DNA of 64,000 nt from an uncultured delta proteobacterium (GTDB taxonomy: Bacteria; Desulfobacterota; Desulfobacteria; Desulfobacterales; QNYZ01). Under the pieces are notes generated by a model, which made no database searches, had not been told where the DNA came from, and was given only the letters and a program-made list of their open reading frames with translations. Below, piece by piece: positions 63,339 through 64,000 of the stretch (position 1 is the first letter of the stretch; every line of letters starts with the position of its first letter). The position numbers and the translations under genes are program-made. The stretch is taken from assembly GCA_963845145.1 (NCBI GenBank), contig CAWJQU010000015.1, positions 41,858 through 105,857 on the forward strand, in the 5' to 3' direction.

Positions 63339-64000
63339 ATGATTTCGGTAATTATCGAAAATACGCTTGTATTTTTATCGGAAACACCCACTACCTACTT
63401 TCTATCCCTGCTGGTTTTGCACCTGCTTCTTCTCGTTTTACTCGTCACCCGCCGAAAAAAAAGAGGGCGCACCACACCTGATGAGCTACCTGATGAAATA
63501 TTGGGAGAAGTAGAACCTGAAGAATTAGAGTTACCGATCGAATCCGATAGAATCGATAAAGAGGCGGATCATGTAGCGCGCGCGAGACCTAGGTAAAAGA
63601 CAGGGTCGAACCTGAAGAAGAAGCGCCCTTGCCGAAAGAAAAAAGTGTGCCAAAAGCGGTTCTTGAAGAGATACCCAAGCCGCCGAAAGAACCTTTTGTG
63701 GCACAACATGACCGTATCGGCAGGGAGACCGACATAAAACGGCGATCAACAGCTGGTATCAACCGGTTGTTGAAATCCCTGTGCCGGAGATAAAAACGCA
63801 CATCGATGAAACGCCCACGGAAGTGCAAACTGATTCAGGTATCGAGGCCAAAGGTGAACCTCCAACAGCGGAAGTCCATACCCCGTGGAACAAAAAGGCG
63901 AAGAAGACTGAAAAACCGGCACGACTATTTACACGACTAAAAACCGGTCTTTCCAAAACCAGAAAGTTTTTAAATACCGATATCGATCAATTCTTCGCCG
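63339..64000 (+). CDS. ftsY: SRP receptor FtsY, acidic N-terminal region (frameshifted, runs off the right edge)
   Basis: TM plus Glu/Pro-rich linker ending LFTRLKTGLSKTRKFL; conserved smc-ftsY order. Confidence 0.75.

Noticed and set aside
200..63956. Numerous short overlapping or antisense ORFs in the ORF track (e.g. 200..535, 4245..4907, 13338..14060, 39399..39629)
   Set aside because: They are shadows of well-supported genes on another strand or frame and show no motifs, apart from those used above as frameshift or Sec fragments

Overview
64-kb chromosomal segment from a probable sulfate-reducing Desulfobacterota bacterium, inferred from a canonical two-Cys DsrC, Hdr/Flx genes and an AhbA-like protein. 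Many core genes (smc, ftsY, queD, pfp, nuoF) carry frameshifts that look like uncorrected sequencing indels. Left to right: (1) a partial acyl-CoA dehydrogenase and an M16 peptidase. (2) A ~22-kb minus-strand accessory block: a membrane His kinase and sigma54 activator, a -24/-12 promoter with paired palindromic boxes, two CsgG/HfaB-family genes flanking two large Sec-exported Cys-rich proteins whose last ~290 aa are nearly identical at the DNA level, then TolC/MacAB with an AAA/DUF4143 gene in between. (3) Housekeeping genes. (4) A redox operon ending next to dsrC, in which hdrA appears split: a hidden 127-aa selenocysteine-containing HdrA N-terminal gene (absent from the ORF track), nuoE/nuoF-like genes, a NuoG-HdrA fusion, a selenocysteine MvhD/FlxD and flxCBA, with no hdrBC. 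Upstream are a Rossmann-PAS kinase, a sigma54 activator and a double-receiver protein with a duplicated 4-Cys domain. (5) dnaJ, queD, pyrE, ctpA, a pfp-phosphatase-ECF operon whose ABC ATPase motifs are split between two small ORFs, smc and ftsY. No rRNA, tRNA, CRISPR array or transposase was recognised. All family assignments come from reading motifs by eye; no database searches were run.
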